Source of the DNA: Octopus sinensis
Lineage: Eukaryota
Reading direction: 5' to 3'
NCBI RefSeq assembly: GCF_006345805.1
Contig: NC_043008.1
Coordinates: 14,880,001 to 14,944,000 of the forward strand
Length of the DNA stretch: 64,000 nucleotides
Shown here: positions 11,833 to 24,850 of the stretch, one piece after another
How positions within the stretch are numbered: the first letter of the stretch is position 1
How the letters are laid out: every line of letters starts with the position of its first letter
Notes under the pieces: generated by a model
The model's database searches: none
What the model was told of the DNA's origin: nothing
The model's input: the letters and a program-made list of their open reading frames with translations, nothing else
Position numbers and translations under genes: made by a program

Positions 11833-12427
11833 CCCTAGGTCACATCCAAGGGGCTCTCTTTTATCGTGCTCCGGTGTTAGATGGTTTGTATAGCTGGATG
11901 CCCTTCCTGAACACCAACTCCTTTACAGTGTGTATTGGGTGCTTTGTTTTCTGCCATTGGGACTAGTGAGGTCGTCAGGTAACTTGCAAAACAAGAGAGC
12001 AGGAGACAGTCCCCTTGACTAAGTGTGTGTGTGTGCTTTTTGACAGGTGGTTGTATGCCATGTGTCAAGAGGCTAAAGTATGATAGAGGAACAAGCCAAG
12101 TTGTCTTGCAACATGACTACCCTGCGTTATGTAGGGGTGGGTGGTGGAAGTATCTTGAAGAAGGTAGAGATGGTGGTGTCTAGATGCCACAGCATCATGG
12201 TTAGATCTTCAAAACCTTTTGTTGTACATTTCTTTAACCTGATATTCTGTATTTCTCCATATCTCGCGAAAGCGATGCAAGGCATAATGTGAAGTGGAAT
12301 ATTATTGATTAGACTGTTTGATGTACAATGAAAGATTTTGATATCAAACGGATATATCATTCAAAAATAATAATCAAGCAAAAAAAAAAAATAAATAAAA
12401 ATATAAAAAATAAGCGTAGACACAGAC

Positions 12428-12760
12428 GTAAGCGTGGGTTAAGAAGCTCTCTTTGCAACTACTGTGCGGCACCCGTGGGCAAGCATCTACTATAGTCACG
12501 GGCCGATCAATGTCTTGTGAGTGAATTTGGTAGAAGAACGTCGCGTGTGTATGTGTGTTTCCTCACCGTTTGATAACCAGTGTTGGTTTGTTTGCGCCCC
12601 TATAGATTACGATTCGATGCAAAGAGACCCGAAAGAGTAGGTATCAGACTTAAAAATAAAGAAAAAAACGTGCCGGTGTCGATTTGTTCGACTAAAACCC
12701 TTCGAAGCCGTGTTCCAGCATGGCCGTTGTTCAAAACTGAAACAAGTAAAAAATAAAAGA
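12428..12760 (+). mobile_element. Old SINE family A copy (similar old copies at 17998-18385, 19535-19742, 25715-25935, 44775-44940, 62755-62885)
   Basis: Diverged but colinear with family A; ends CCAGCATGGCC...CTGAAACAAGTAAAA. Confidence 0.75.
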
Positions 12761-12930
12761 AGATAGCTGTGTATATGTTTTCAATGGCTAATGTAATTCT
12801 GTGACGATGCTATTGTCATCGAGCACGGTCTCGGATGGAACGTCTCTTGCCAAAGATCTGCCACTTCGGGATTTCTTGTAGCCAGACATTTACCTCTTTG
12901 TAGTACATTAGTGGGATATTGCGGAAAGAT

Positions 12931-13170
12931 AAGGCGGCGAGCTGGCAGAATCGTTAGCACGCCGGGCGAAATGCGTAGCCGTATTTCGTCTGCCGTTACG
13001 TTCTGAGTTCAAATTCCGCCGAGGTCGACTTTGTCTTTCATCCTTTCGGGGTCGATAAATTAAGTACCAGTTACGCACTGGGGTCAATATAATCGACTTA
13101 ATCCGTTTGTCTGTCCTTGTTTGTCCCCTCTGTGTTTAGCCCCTTGTGGGTGGGTAGTAAAGAAATATAT
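12931..13170 (+). mobile_element. SINE family B monomer with 15-bp TSD
   Basis: TSD ATATTGCGGAAAGAT at 12916-12930 and 13171-13185. Confidence 0.93.
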
Positions 13171-13625
13171 ATATTGCGGAAAGATTTTCATTAGTCTTCT
13201 ACTAATATGTAACATGGAAAGGTGTTGTACCTAGTTTTAGTGTTGGTTATGAGACTTCTTCTCAAACAAATTGTATCATCTGTCCGTCATGTGTTAAGTG
13301 ACTAACGATTTATCTATGAAACAAGTGAGATACTCGTGGAGATAAAACCGTTCACTTGAATAAATAAAAAAAAAAACCACAACCCAGTTATAGTATTAAT
13401 TTAAGAAGAAAGTAGCCCAGGCGATTTGTAGTTTCATCAATAACATGGACACTTGCTCAGCAATAGATTTGTGGTTCGAGTCTCATCAGTGATTATGTGG
13501 GGTTTTTTTTCTGTCTCAAATTGATGCATAGATCAGATATAGTTTATATTAAAATATTAGCCCTGAATATGTTGTTTGTTGTTACTGTTTTTGCTGCACC
13601 TACTTTTCTTTACTACAGGATTGTG

Positions 13626-13870
13626 AAGGCGTGTGGCCTAGTGGTTAGGGCGTTGCACTCGTGATCGAAAGACCTTGGTTTCTATTTCTGGATCGGGCGA
13701 TGCTTTATTTTCTTGAGAAAAGCACTTCATTTCACATTGCTCCAGTCCACTCGGCTGTAAATGAATAACTCTGCGACGGACTAACGTCCCATTCAGGAAG
13801 AAGGCTGCGATCTCGGTCCCTTATACGCCTTGGAAACCGGACAACCGGCCCTATGGGTCTTAAGATTCGA
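13626..13870 (+). mobile_element. SINE family D with V-domain-like segment
   Basis: TGGCCTAGTGG A box, core-like segment, then CTGCGACGGACTAACGTCCCATTCAGG resembling the V-SINE domain (recalled). Confidence 0.65.
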
Positions 13871-14364
13871 GGTCCAAGGGTTGATGGTGATGAATTGTTT
13901 GCCAAAGATAAGATTTGAACTCAGCATCTACCAAATATGAATCGGTGGCAGTGAATACGTTGTATTATCACAGATCAAGTGTTGTTATTCTGCCCTCGTC
14001 GGCTCTGCTCCGGCAGACCTAAAACGAAAGGTGTTTACATCATTTGTGAACGGACAGAGTCTTTAAAGTGTCGGCTAGAGTACTTTGCAGTATTTGTTCC
14101 GGCTCTGCATTTTGAGTTCAAAACCCATCAAGGTCAAGGTCAACGTTGCTTTCATACTTTGAGGTCGATATATAAAATACTGGTCTTGTATTGGGATCGA
14201 TTCTTCTCTCAGAATCAGCTACGTCGTTCTGGAACGCCATGGGGCACATACACGTCTTATCTTCACAAATGGGAAAAAGACTGAGAGAAGATTCTACTAA
14301 AAAGACAAACAGAAACTGATACGTTTCTGGAATCGTTCAAGTAAACATTTTTTAGTCGCCCTTT

Positions 14365-14648
14365 TTCAAGCCTTGCCAGGCTCGTGGGCCCGATTTCCCG
14401 GTTTCTGTGGCGTATGTGTTCCCCCCAGCTGGACGAGACGCCAGTCCATCGCAGCGTTACTCAAGAAACAGGGAGAGAAAGTTGTGGTGAAAGAGTACAA
14501 CAGGTATCGCCACTACCCCCTACCGGAGCATCGTGGAGCTTTTAGGTGTTTTCGCTCAATAAACACACACAATGCCCGGTCTGAGAATCGAAACCGCGAT
14601 CCTCCGACCACGAGTCCGCTGCCCTAACCACTATGCCATTGCACACCT
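14365..14648 (-). mobile_element. SINE family D-related copy
   Basis: Minus strand has TGGCATAGTGG A box, a GTTTCGATTCT B-box-like motif and a CTGCGATGGACTGGCGTCTCGTCCAG V-like segment. Confidence 0.7.
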
Positions 14649-16380
14649 CTCTCAAGTAAACGTAAAAGGAAATAAAGATTTCAATCATTTTATACATACA
14701 TTGTGATAGAGGACTACTTTATCTAGTATGCCCTTTTCTTTTTCTAAAACGGTGGGTGTTGGTCTTGGAACTTTTAGTTTCTATTTGTCGCAGGTCGAAC
14801 GACTGCGCAGAGGTTCCTTTATAACCTGTCAATCTTAGTTGCTATTTTAAAAATTTGATTTATTATCTGAAATCGTATTGATCTCCGGTGTATTGATCTT
14901 CCTGATTATCAAAGAATCCGGTGACCATCCGTTGACTGGGCCAATGTGGAAAGCAGTAAAATAAACTAAAAGATAATAGAATAAAATATAGGTTAAAAAA
15001 GTGTATGTGTATCTGCATGTGTGAGAGGGACTCGCATTATATTCGAGAATTTTGGAGAGGTTCAGAGGTGAAGATTTTAGTGTTTAGAACAGTTCTAAAT
15101 TTCGTTATTGACGACAACGTAATGAAGATGGAAAGAATGGATTTTACGAAGGTACTAGCTGGATAAGAAATTTAAGTAGAGGTTATATCTTGATATTTTC
15201 CTTTCTCATGGCGATTCAAGTTGAGCTTAAAAGATCTTTCCTACGAATTCTTATCAACTAACTGTTGCCAATCCAGTCAGATAGTCAATAATATTCTCGG
15301 ATTTATTCAAGATAATTCCCGAATTATATCTTTGACAAAATTTCGGGGGTGAAATGATAATATATTACAGTGATTTGATTTGTCACGGAGAGTAAAAAAA
15401 AAAAAAAAAACCGAACGTTTCTGAAAATCGTCCTTCATCAAAGAGAAAGAAGAAAGTAAGTTTTAACACGAGGGAGTTTTTCTTGAATTCCAGATTTTAC
15501 TTATAGCCTTGATAATATTGATACATCGAAATTAGGAGCTGCTTGTGTATTTTAGCGAAGCAAAAGAATACAAGTCTTGTGTTAATACTGCTTATTAGCC
15601 CCAGGTCAGCATTAATTAAGCAAATCTATGAGGTAAAGCGTTCATTTCTCATATATATACACACATCTATTTTTTTATATGTAACATATCTAGGTCTACA
15701 TTATCCGATGTAGTACCACATATAAGACGGTAGGTGTGATTTAAGGGACGATTTGACTGCTATTTTTAATTGAATAATAGTTAAAAGATGGCGTGTTGAG
15801 TGAACAGTTAGTGGAGTAATAGGTAGGTGTGTAGCTGTTTTATCAGTTTTCAGAAGTTTATTTGCTGGTAGAGAGTTCGTAGTTTGGAAGAGAAACAAAG
15901 AACCCCCCCAACAAAAAAAATCATTAATAAATGATTTTAGATTTTTTTTTTGTATTTATGATATGCCTTGTATATAGAAGAAAAAACTTTTTTTTCATGT
16001 ATAATATTCTCTCATTTTACATTGGAGAGACATTTTTGTAGGATGTTTTTTTTACTAAATTGAAATTTTGTAATTTGAAAGTTTTCATTGCATTCTCAGT
16101 AATGTTACTCCATCCGTCACCTTTGTGGCAATAATAAACGATTATTATTATTATTATTATTATTATATTATTATTATTATTATTATTATTATAATTATTA
16201 TTATTATTAATATTATATTCTGTTGCTTTCTCTCCCTATTTACCTATTTTGTCTTTTTTGCATAATGAATTCTGGTAAACACCTTTTTTTGAAATTTATT
16301 CTTGTAACATCCCCTTCAAGTACTTTTGTGACAAATAAAACATTATTATTGTTATTACTAATATTATTTATTATTATTAT

Positions 16381-16594
16381 AAAGGCGGCGAGCTGGCAGA
16401 ATCGTTAACACGCCGGGCGAAATACTTAGCGGCATTGCGTCCGTCTTTACGTTCTGAGTTCAAATTCCGCTGTGGTTGACTTTGCCTGTCATCCTTCGGG
16501 GTCGATAAAATAAGTACCAGTTGAACACAGGGGTCGAGGTAATATAGTCATACTCTCCCCCAAATTGCTGCCCTTGTGACAAAATTTGAAACCA

Positions 16595-16595
<1 letters not shown>
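16381..16595 (+). mobile_element. SINE family B, short-tail variant (others at 23770-24340 as a cluster and 24926-25118)
   Basis: Same head and central domain but tail CCCCCAAATTGCTGCCCTTGTGACAAAATTTGAAAC, running into (TAT)n. Confidence 0.85.
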
Positions 16596-16625
<30 letters not shown>

Positions 16626-16640
16626 TATTATTATTTATTA

Positions 16641-16671
<31 letters not shown>

Positions 16672-18460
16672 CATTATTATTATTATCATTATTATTATTA
16701 TCCTTATTATTTATTTATTTACCTTTCATTTATGCAGGATCAATACATATACACAAATACCTGTCAACTATGGATGTAATCCACGAATCCCTATCCAAAT
16801 TTTGGGTCTTGTTGGTTAAAAATCCTTATTAAAATATCATCATTTGAAATGGCGTATTTTTGTCGAGGTCATCTATGAAATCCTCAAATCCAATAACTCA
16901 TTTTCAATTCCCGGTTACAGTAACCTTACGTTGCGCTAACCTTTGCAAAACGTATCAAAGTCACAACGTCCTATATTATTTCCGTTTTTTTTTTCAAAGA
17001 TCTCGCTCTTCATATCGTTATAAAAAGTCGATAATCTTTTGTTGTTATATCATGGTAAATGTGTCTATTTTTTTTAGATATTTTTCCCTGCCATTTTTTT
17101 CCCTGTTCATGTATGTTTAGGTTTGCTTTATTTTCTAGAATATGGAAGAAATTTTTGATTTGTTATTTCAAATTACATCAATAAAATGTATATAAAAGTA
17201 TTGTGTTTCAAGCGTTTTATTTCTCTGTCTATCTGTCTGTCTGTCGCTCATTATTTGAGAGAAATCAAAAGGATTTGTTCGCAAGAATAACAACAACAAT
17301 GCATTATATAGTTCTTTTCCTACCAACAGAAAACAAACCTCTTCCGATCTTGTTGGTATCATAATTCAATAATGATTACGCAGTACATGGCAGAATTTGG
17401 ACTTGAAATATAATAGTTCTTAATTTTGATCAATCATGATAAAATTTGAATAATGTGTGGTAGAGATTGATAATATATATTTTCTTGTTTATGAAGTCGT
17501 TTGAATAATGTATTGTTATTAAAGTCACTGCTGTAAAGTAGATAATGGTTAGCAATAGACAGCAAAGTTAGATAACGTACTGGGTTTATTCTGTTGAGCA
17601 AGATGCTAAAATTGAAGAGAGAGAGAGACAATCGCTTGATCATGGCTGCCAAGTATCGGATGAAACAAACAAAAAAGAAGAGAGACTAGCAAGATGAACT
17701 GCTCGAATTGTTTGGTATCGTGCAAATGATTTACGAAATAAAAATAGTTTTGATTTCCGTTTATAGAGTTAACTTGACTGATGTATTACTAGTTTTTGAT
17801 CGGCGTAAACGATACACACGCGATAGATCGGTGAAACTAAAATGTCAGAAGCCAAATGAGTCGTTACATATTCTGTGATAATAAAACAATTTTTATAGGT
17901 TCCTCGAATGTACGGCTTAAATCTACTCGATCAGGCTGAGGTGTGACAGAAAAGAAAAAAGAAAATTAGTAAACAATTACTGCGTGGCTGTGAATATAGG
18001 CGCAGGTATGACAATCAGCTTGCTTCCCAACCACGTTGTTCCGGGCTCAGTCCCATTGCATGGCACCTTGGGAAAGTGTCGGGCCGACGGAAACTGAAAG
18101 AAACTCATCATGTGTGTGTGTGTGTGTATATATCTATGTGTGTGTGTTTGTCCCGCCTCACCGCTTGACAACCGGTGTTGTCGTATTCATGCGTATTCAT
18201 GTCTCCGCAACTTAGCAGTTTGGCAAAAGAGTCGAAACGATAAATACAAGGCTTAAAAGGAAGCAACCCCCCCCCCCCAAGAAACAGAAATAAGTGCTGG
18301 GGTCGATTCCTTCGACTTCATCAAGGTTCACCAAGGCAGTGCTCCAGCATGGCCACGGTCTGATAACTGATACAAATCAAGAGACGAATGACAGCATTTC
18401 TCTGAGTAACAAAGTCATCTCTTGCCAAACGAAATTCAGGTTACGTAATTCATGTGTATA

Positions 18461-18635
18461 CAATAGAGTAGCTAGAAAGTGTGCCACCCGGGGAGGCACT
18501 TCAGTTTGCCGCCTCGGGCCTTCACAAAAAAATAGACATTGACTACCGTAGACCCAAAAGTGGTACCTCCCCACAACCATGAAAATGCCGTCCGGGGTGG
18601 ACCCTCATCTCCTCCTCTCTCTAGCTACGCTAGCG
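18461..18635. mobile_element. hAT-like MITE
   Basis: Imperfect TIRs CAATAGAGTAGCTAG / CTAGCTACGCTAGCG; flanks TGTGTATA and TGTGTGTA (7/8 TSD). Confidence 0.6.
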
Positions 18636-18837
18636 TGTGTGTATAAATGCATGACAACGAATTTTTGATGGAACCAGAATGCCAAAAATAATCAAGATTC
18701 ATTTTTATTCCCTGTATGACTTAAATGAATGGCAAGCTAAGCATTTCCATTCTCGTACTGAATTGCCATTCCCGTAGACTTTCGAACTTGCAGCATCTAA
18801 CAAGAATGAGGAAGAAGATAATATATACACTTTATAA

Positions 18838-19234
18838 GGCGGCGAGCTGGCAGAAATATTAGCACGCCGGGCGAAATGCTTAGCGGTATTTCGTCTGCCG
18901 CTACGTTCTGAGTTCAAATTCCGCCGAGGTCGACTTTGCCTTTTATCCTTTCGGGGTCGATTAAATAAGTACCAGTTACGCACTGGGGTCGATATAATCG
19001 ACTTAATCCATGTGTCTGTCCTTGTTTGTCCTCTTTGTGTTTAACCCCTTGTGGGTAGTAAAGAAATAGGTATTTCGTCTGCTTTTACGTTGTGAGTTCA
19101 AATTCAGCAGTGGTCAGCTTTACCTTTCATCCTTTCGGGGTCGACTAAATAAATACCAGTTGCGTACTTGAGTCGATCTAATCGACTGGCCCCCTCCCCC
19201 AAAACTTCTGGCCTTGTGCCTAGAGTAGAAAAGA
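18838..19234 (+). mobile_element. SINE family B heterodimer: long-tail unit followed by diverged short-tail unit
   Basis: Junction AAAGAAATAGGTATTTCGTC near 19060-19080; 17-bp TSD ATATRTACACTYTATAA (18821-18837, 19235-19251, 2 mismatches). Confidence 0.9.
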
Positions 19235-19712
19235 ATATGTACACTCTATAAACTGAACATACAGACAAATAATACAATTTAAAAACGAATTCTATAAAGA
19301 CGAAGATCCAGGTGTAGTTAGTACACAGCAGTTTACGATAACAGAAAATAATGTATGTTATCTTTGTCATAAGATCAGTCTACAAGCTAGAGAAAAACCA
19401 GCTGTACCATTGTATGAAAGAATGTACAAATAATGAACTGTTCATTCTCAAATAATATATTCAGAGCAGGGCCATTGTTTAGTAAATATCTCATCATTCA
19501 GACAAAAAGAAGTGTAGTTCCGTTATTTCTCTTCGGTGGCTGTGTGGTTGAGGTGGGGCAGTTCGCTTTGCAACCACGTGGTTTCGAGGTCAATTCCACT
19601 GCGCAGTACCTTAAGCAAGTGTTTTCTTCTACAGCGCCGGGTCGTCAAATGCCTTGTGAGTGAAATTGGCAGATGGAAACTGTGAGGAAGCCTGACATAC
19701 ATACACACATAC

Positions 19713-19743
<31 letters not shown>

Positions 19744-19843
19744 NNNNNNNNNNNNNNNNNNNNNNNNNNNNNNNNNNNNNNNNNNNNNNNNNNNNNNNNN
19801 NNNNNNNNNNNNNNNNNNNNNNNNNNNNNNNNNNNNNNNNNNN
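19744..19843. other. Assembly gap (100 N)
   Basis: Run of n following a (TA)n tract; true distance across it is unknown. Confidence 1.
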
Positions 19844-20181
19844 CTCCTACGCCTCAGTCAAGTTTTAAAACCGAAAATTATCCAAAACTTACAATACTTA
19901 ATCATATCACAGGGAAATTGAAATTAATTAAAATTTTCGTTTCCAGTGGTGTAACGTGTAAAAATTTAGTCCAAAGACTGTGTATTAGTCATAAAATACA
20001 GTGTACATTTGAAGACATAAGGAATTCACTCGTGGATTCTGTCAGCTTGTCGATTTTCGACCGGAAAATAATTAAAACAACAAACACATTGAAGATTTAG
20101 AATAAATCTAGGTAACAGTTGGCTGTTGTTAGATTCGAACTTGCCGATTTTAGCTGCTGTTAGATTCGACTTGAAATTAAT

Positions 20182-20589
20182 CTTTTCCACTCTGAGCACA
20201 AGGCCCGAAATTTTTGGGGAGAGGGTGGAGGGGACAGTCGATTAGATCGATCCTAGTACGCAACTGGTACTTAATTTATAGATCTCCCCGAAAAGATGAA
20301 GGGCAAAGTCGATCTCGGCGGAATTTGAACTTAGAACGTAGCGGCGGACGAAATACCTATTTCTTTACTACTCACAAGGGGCTAAACACAGAGAGGACAA
20401 ACAAGGACAGACAAACGGATTAAGTCGGTTATATCGACCCCAGTGCGTAACTGGTACTTATTTAATCGACCCCGAAAGCATGAAAGGTAAAGTCGACCTC
20501 GGCGGAATTTGAACTCAGAACGTAGCGGCAGACGAAATACGGCTACGCATTTCGCCCGGCGTGCTAACGTTTCTGCCAGCTCGCCGCCT
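20182..20589 (-). mobile_element. SINE family B heterodimer (long-tail then short-tail unit)
   Basis: Perfect 17-bp TSD TTCGACTTGAAATTAAT at 20165-20181 and 20590-20606; same junction as other multimers. Confidence 0.9.
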
Positions 20590-20867
20590 TTCGACTTGAA
20601 ATTAATGTTACTTTTCTGGAGGACTATTTCGTTGTGATTTCTAACATAGGCACACAGGGAATCAATTTTATAGGCCTTTTACCTGACTAGTGCTTATTTT
20701 GTTACTCCTGGAATAATTAAAGGAAAAGTTAACTTATGAGAGACGTAAGTAAATACCACAAGAGAAATTCAGCACCGGTCTTGTACTAATTCCGTTCTTC
20801 TTGTGATCTGACTGACGATTTCAAAACGAATTCTGACACTGCCAAACGGCCACATATTTGTTGGTCG

Positions 20868-21295
20868 GGATTATTTCGGTTTGAACGGCAGTTTTTCCTA
20901 GCGGTGTCATATGAAATTGTTACCCATAATTATGACCCTAGTATCGGTCTATTGCATTTCAATCTGTTTTAGGGTTAGGGTTAGGGTTAGGGTTAGGGGT
21001 GGGGGAAAGGGTATCTTTTTTCTTCAGAAATGTAAATAAACCCAATCTGTTTCTTAAACGAGGGACATATTCATACGGCACTGAATGTTTTCACCTCAAT
21101 AGACGTCATTGATTGGTTGAAATTGCAGAAATTGAAGAAAAACAACCACAAATATCTTACAAACTATAGAATTTTCTCAATAGAGCCAAGAGAAAAAGAT
21201 GTTTTATAAACGCAATCTACCAGTATACGAAGTTTAAAAGTGTTTAGTTACGTGGAAATTATTTTAAAAAACTGCCGTTCAAACCGAAAAGATCC
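20868..21295. mobile_element. Second copy of the Merlin-like MITE, opposite orientation, with (TTAGGG)5 at 20969-20998
   Basis: Same TIRs and interior as 11066-11466; flanks GTTGGTCG and GATGGTAG (6/8). Confidence 0.8.
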
Positions 21296-22253
21296 GATGG
21301 TAGCGTGGTGCGACGGTAGAAAATGGACAGTCTATTTAAATCGACCCAAGGCCTTGGCAGACAGAATCTGAAGTTTGAACATAACTTCGTCTAAGCAAGT
21401 ACAGGGAGACATTTTGCCCCAATAAGCTCCTTGTTTGCCAATAATCACTCTTCAGGCTACCTTAACGGTTGGGTATTTGAGTATTTGGCTCGAACAGTTT
21501 TTGAGAACTATTCTCTCCCACCTACTTCTCTAGTCTCGCTCTTCAGTTTCACGTAGATCACGTGCATGGCTACCAGGCTAAGATACTTCGACTAATTCCG
21601 CTACCAAAATTTCTTTTCACTCTCCCTCCCTCCCATCTCTCTCTCTCTCTCTCCCTTCCCCATGTTTTATGGACGTAATTACATCGTGCGGTTTTTGTTA
21701 CAAACTATCTCTATTGATGGCCTCAACCTCATCGAAGTCTTTGAACTAAAAAAGCCTCAAAAGATCATTAAAAATTCTTTTATCAGAAACTAACAAAAAG
21801 AAATAAATAAAAATCATTTATATTGCTATTTTGAAATATTGTCAAACAAAAAGGTAGCAACAAAAAGAGAAGAAAAAAGAAAGAAAACCCTTAAAAATCT
21901 CAAAAGCGAAAACAACAATGTTAAAAAAAAAAATAAATTCAACCCGGGAGAGAAAGAGATTGTTCTTTTGTTTTTCCTTGCATTAGAAGTAAAAAGAAAA
22001 AAAAACATATAATGATAGTGAAAGTGAAACGAATTGGAGACTGGATGGGTAAAAGTGGAGTTAAGAAACATAACAATAAGTGAATAATTTGAATAAGGTT
22101 TTATCTGATTATTTGAGGCAGACAATATCGATTTAGTTATTTTAGATATGCACTTAGTTTTTAGGTTTATAGTAAAAAAAAAAATAAAAAAATAAAGATA
22201 TGGGATTCTGTGGCGTTAAGACTTATCCGCGTGTGCTATAGCAATACATTTGA

Positions 22254-23234
22254 GAAGGAGGTGAGCTGGCAGAAACGTTAGCACGCCGGGCGAAATGCGT
22301 AGCCGTATTTCGTCTGCCGTTACGTTCTGATTTCAAATTCCGCCGAGGTCGACTTTGCCTTTCATCCTTTCGGGGTCGATTAAATAAAGTACCAGTTTCG
22401 CACTGGTGTCGATATAACCGACTTAATCCGTTTGTATGTCTTTATTTGTCCCCTCTGTGTGTAGTCCCTTATGGGTAATAAAAAAAAAGATAGGTATTTC
22501 GTCTGTCGTTACGTTCTGAGCTCAAATTCTGCCAAGGTCGACTTTGCTTTTCATCCTTTCGGGGTCGATAAATAAAGTACCAGTTTCGCACTGGGGTAAA
22601 TGTAATCGACTTAATCCGTTTGTCTGTCCTTGTTTGTCCTCTCTGTGTTTAGCCCCTTGTGGGTAGTAAAAAAAAAAGGTATTTCGTCTGTCGTTACGTT
22701 CTGAGCTCAAATTCTGCCAAGGTCGACTTTGCTTTTCATCCTTTCGGGGTCGATAAATAAAGTACCAGTTTCGCACTGGTGTCGATATAACCGACTTAAT
22801 CCGTTTGTTTGTCCTTGTTTGTCCTCTCTGTGTTTAGCCCCTTGTGGGTAGTAAAAAAAAAAGGTATTTCGTCTGTCGTTACGTTCTGAGTTCAAATTCA
22901 GCCGTGGTCGACTTTGTCTTTCATCCTTTCGGGGTCGATAAATTAAGTACCAGTTACGCACTGGGGTCGATATAATCGACTTAATCCGTTTGTCTGTCCT
23001 TGTTTGTCCTCTCTGTGTTTAGCCCCTTATGGGTAATAAAAAAAAAGATAGGTATTTCGTCTGTCGTTACGTTCTGAGCTCAAATTCTGCCAAGGTCGAC
23101 TTTGCTTTTCATCCTTTCGGGGTCGATAAATAAAGTACCAGTTTCGCACTGGGGTAAATGTAATCGACTTAATCCCTTCGTCTATCCTTGTTTGTCCCCT
23201 CTATGTTTAGATCCTTGTGGGCAGTAAATAAATA
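22254..23234 (+). mobile_element. SINE family B pentamer (one head + five units of about 185 bp)
   Basis: Five repeats of GTATTTCGTCTG...GGGTARTAAA; single perfect 17-bp TSD TATAGCAATACATTTGA at 22237-22253 and 23235-23251. Confidence 0.93.
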
Positions 23235-24667
23235 TATAGCAATACATTTGACGTGAAATGGCTTCAACTGAATATCGAGAGATCTTACCATTTTGAAATT
23301 GTGTCGCTTGTCACTGTGATGGACCACATTGGTTTCAACTTTTGATACAACCACAGTGCTCGATTGGTACTTATTTTATCGACCTCAAAAGGATGAAAGA
23401 CAAAGTCGACCTGGGCGGAATAAGAACGGAGATCGCAAAGGCGGACGAAACGCCGCTAAGCATTTTGTACGGCGTGCTAACAATTCTTCCAACTCGTCGC
23501 CTTACTCTGATAAACAATATTGTAAGTTATGTTGTCGGTTGTTGACCACTTTTACACGCAATGTCTTCATCATATTCTTCAGAATATAGCTCTAGAAAAA
23601 CAAAAACGGTAAAAATAATTGAGAATCCAGACTTTGGCAACACGATACTAGAAGCCTTTACTACTGATATTCTGAAGATAATGACAAAACAAAGTTATTT
23701 GTCAAATTATTTCTTTTTTCTTTCGGGTGGAAAAAAAACCCAAAAAAACATTAATACATCAGTTTCCAATATTGGTAAGTTGGCAGAGTCATTATCGCCT
23801 TAGACAAAATGATTAGCAGCCATTTCATCCGGCTCTTTACGTTCTGAGTTCAAATTCTGCCGAGGTTCGACTTTGCCCCTCATCCCTTTCGGGGTCGATA
23901 AAATAAAGTACCAGTCAAGTACTGGAAACGGTGTATTCGACTAAGCCCTTCCTTCTAAAATTGCTGGCCTTGTGCCAAAATATGAAATCAATATTATCGC
24001 GAAACCAAAGATGGTGAGCTGGCAGAATCGTTTCCTCGCCGAACAAAATGCTTAGCAGTATTTCTTCCGGCTCTTTACGTTCTGGGTTCAAATTCCACAG
24101 GGGTCAACTTTGCCCTCCATTTAAAAGGCGTCGAGCTGGCAGAATCGTTAGCATGCCAAGCAAATGATTAGCTCTATTTCGTCCGCCTTTACGCTTTGAT
24201 TTTAAATTATAGCTGAGGTCCACTTTGCTTTTAGTCCTTTCGTGATTGATAAAATAACACCAGTTGAATATTGGAGTCGATGTAATCGACTTACCCCCTT
24301 CCCTGATCTTTCACGCCCTGTGCCAAAATTTGAAACAAATATTTAGAATTTAAGTTCTACAAAGAATAGGATATAATCAACTGAATTGAATCTCATTATA
24401 TCACTGGTACTTATAAACCGCTCATTTTGCAGCCATTTACCGATGTATATATTCTTGGGTCGATTCCATCAATTGCACACCTTCCCCGCTCTTCTTTGCC
24501 GATTAATATATTTTTTAATGAAGATAATGAAATTGGTTATACTCGCCCCTCCTCTCTCCCAGTTTTTTGCCTTGTGTTTCTGTTATAAATATATTATCAT
24601 AAAGATGATTGCAGAAGGTGAAAGAAGCAAAAGCGAGTAGGATAAAACGGTTTGTGGTATATTTAGT

Positions 24668-24850
24668 TACTGCATTTACTCGTGTATAACTCGCATTCGT
24701 GTATAAATCGCACCCTTAATTTACTGTTAAATCTTGGTACACACATCCTCCCTACCTTCATATTCAAACTTGCTTCGTGTTTAAGTCGCACCCCAATTTT
24801 TTTCATTTTAAGTCAAGTATAAAATAATACGACTCACACACGGTAAACTT
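24668..24850. mobile_element. Degenerate pogo/Tigger-like MITE
   Basis: Repeated TCGTGTATAA..CGCA motifs at left and an inverted CGACTCACACACGGTAAA at right. Confidence 0.45.

Noticed and set aside
13413-13495. CTGATGA on the minus strand (another on plus near 29117)
   Set aside because: No stem II plus GAAA arrangement; the first overlaps a decayed B-box-like GGTTCGAGTC.
22254-23234. CRISPR-like or retrozyme-like appearance of the 185-bp arrays
   Set aside because: No unique spacers, eukaryotic context, Pol III boxes and TSD present, and no CUGANGA core on either strand of the unit.
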